The notes beneath the pieces were generated by a model. That model saw only the letters and a list, made by a program, of their open reading frames with translations, was not told the origin of the DNA and searched no databases. Positions 19,471 to 20,000 of a stretch of DNA of 20,000 bases are shown in pieces. Position 1 is the first letter of the stretch; each line of letters opens with the position of its first letter. The DNA comes from Moniliella sp. 'wahieum' (Eukaryota): assembly GCA_003971905.1 (NCBI GenBank), contig RSEE01000056.1, positions 430,026 through 450,025 of the forward strand. Reading direction: 5' to 3'. Both the position numbers and the translations under genes were made by a program.

Positions 19471-19837
19471 AGCTAAGCGTGGCAGCGCAGTCGCCGAGAT
19501 CGAAGCCGGGAGCGCGAATATGTCCGGTGAATTTATTTGTGTTTTGCATTTTGCTTCGGTTTCGGAAGGTGTGCCTGGTTGTGCTGGTGGGCTGCCTTGG
19601 CCTAAACCTTGGGGCTGAGTGCCCCCACGCTGCATCGGTCCTATTGGGCGACCAGACTGGGCTACAGTGCGAAAACCCCCGAATTTCTGGGGGGGGCAAG
19701 AGAAAAAAAAGTCGGATGGCGGACCGGCCCCGTGCCCCGTGCCCGTGTCTTTGGGGATCGGGGCATGCCGTCTTCCGGCCCCGTCGGATCCCAAAGCGCA
19801 CCAGGGCACACTCTAGGCCCTCTGGCCGCCCATGGAT

Positions 19838-19863
19838 GGCCCTAGGCCCTAGGCCCTACGCCC
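19838..19863. repeat. Short (GGCCCTA)3 tandem repeat
   Basis: ggccctaggccctaggccctacgccc, with one more ctaggccct at ~19813. Confidence 0.6.
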
Positions 19864-20000
19864 GATGCCAGTCCGGCCCCAGTGCACGGACCAACAGGCA
19901 TGAAGCTGTGAAGCTTGAAGTTAGAAGACGGCCTCGTTCTGTCGGATGATTTTTTTTTTACCAAAAAAGTGCTAGTAGCTTTCGGCCTCCCCACCCCTCG

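Noticed and set aside
18950..20000. ORFs in the last kilobase
   Set aside because: No recognisable domains; probably the promoter or intergenic region of a gene outside the window.

Overview
Eukaryotic, GC-rich fungal DNA (basidiomycete-like; the taxon is inferred, not shown) with many 1-bp indels that look like uncorrected long-read error, so the ORF track breaks every real gene into pieces. Stitching frames gives, in order: the 3' ~4.2 kb of the ERAD E3 ligase DOA10/SSM4 (+); a type I membrane pepsin-fold protein whose second catalytic Asp reads as Ala (+); a block of mini- and microsatellites; tRNA-Thr(CGT) (+); a divergent RNase H1-like gene with two hybrid-binding domains (+); a decayed 3' fragment of an RLE-type (CRE/Cnl1/MoTeR-like) non-LTR retrotransposon (-); the intron-containing RPS30 gene, missed by the ORF track (+); and adenine deaminase AAH1 with one intron (-). 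At 17970-18949 lies a cluster of further fragments of the same retroelement in both orientations, sharing a conserved 3' terminus without poly(A). The best leads are this retroelement family, the probable pseudo-protease and the atypical RNase H.
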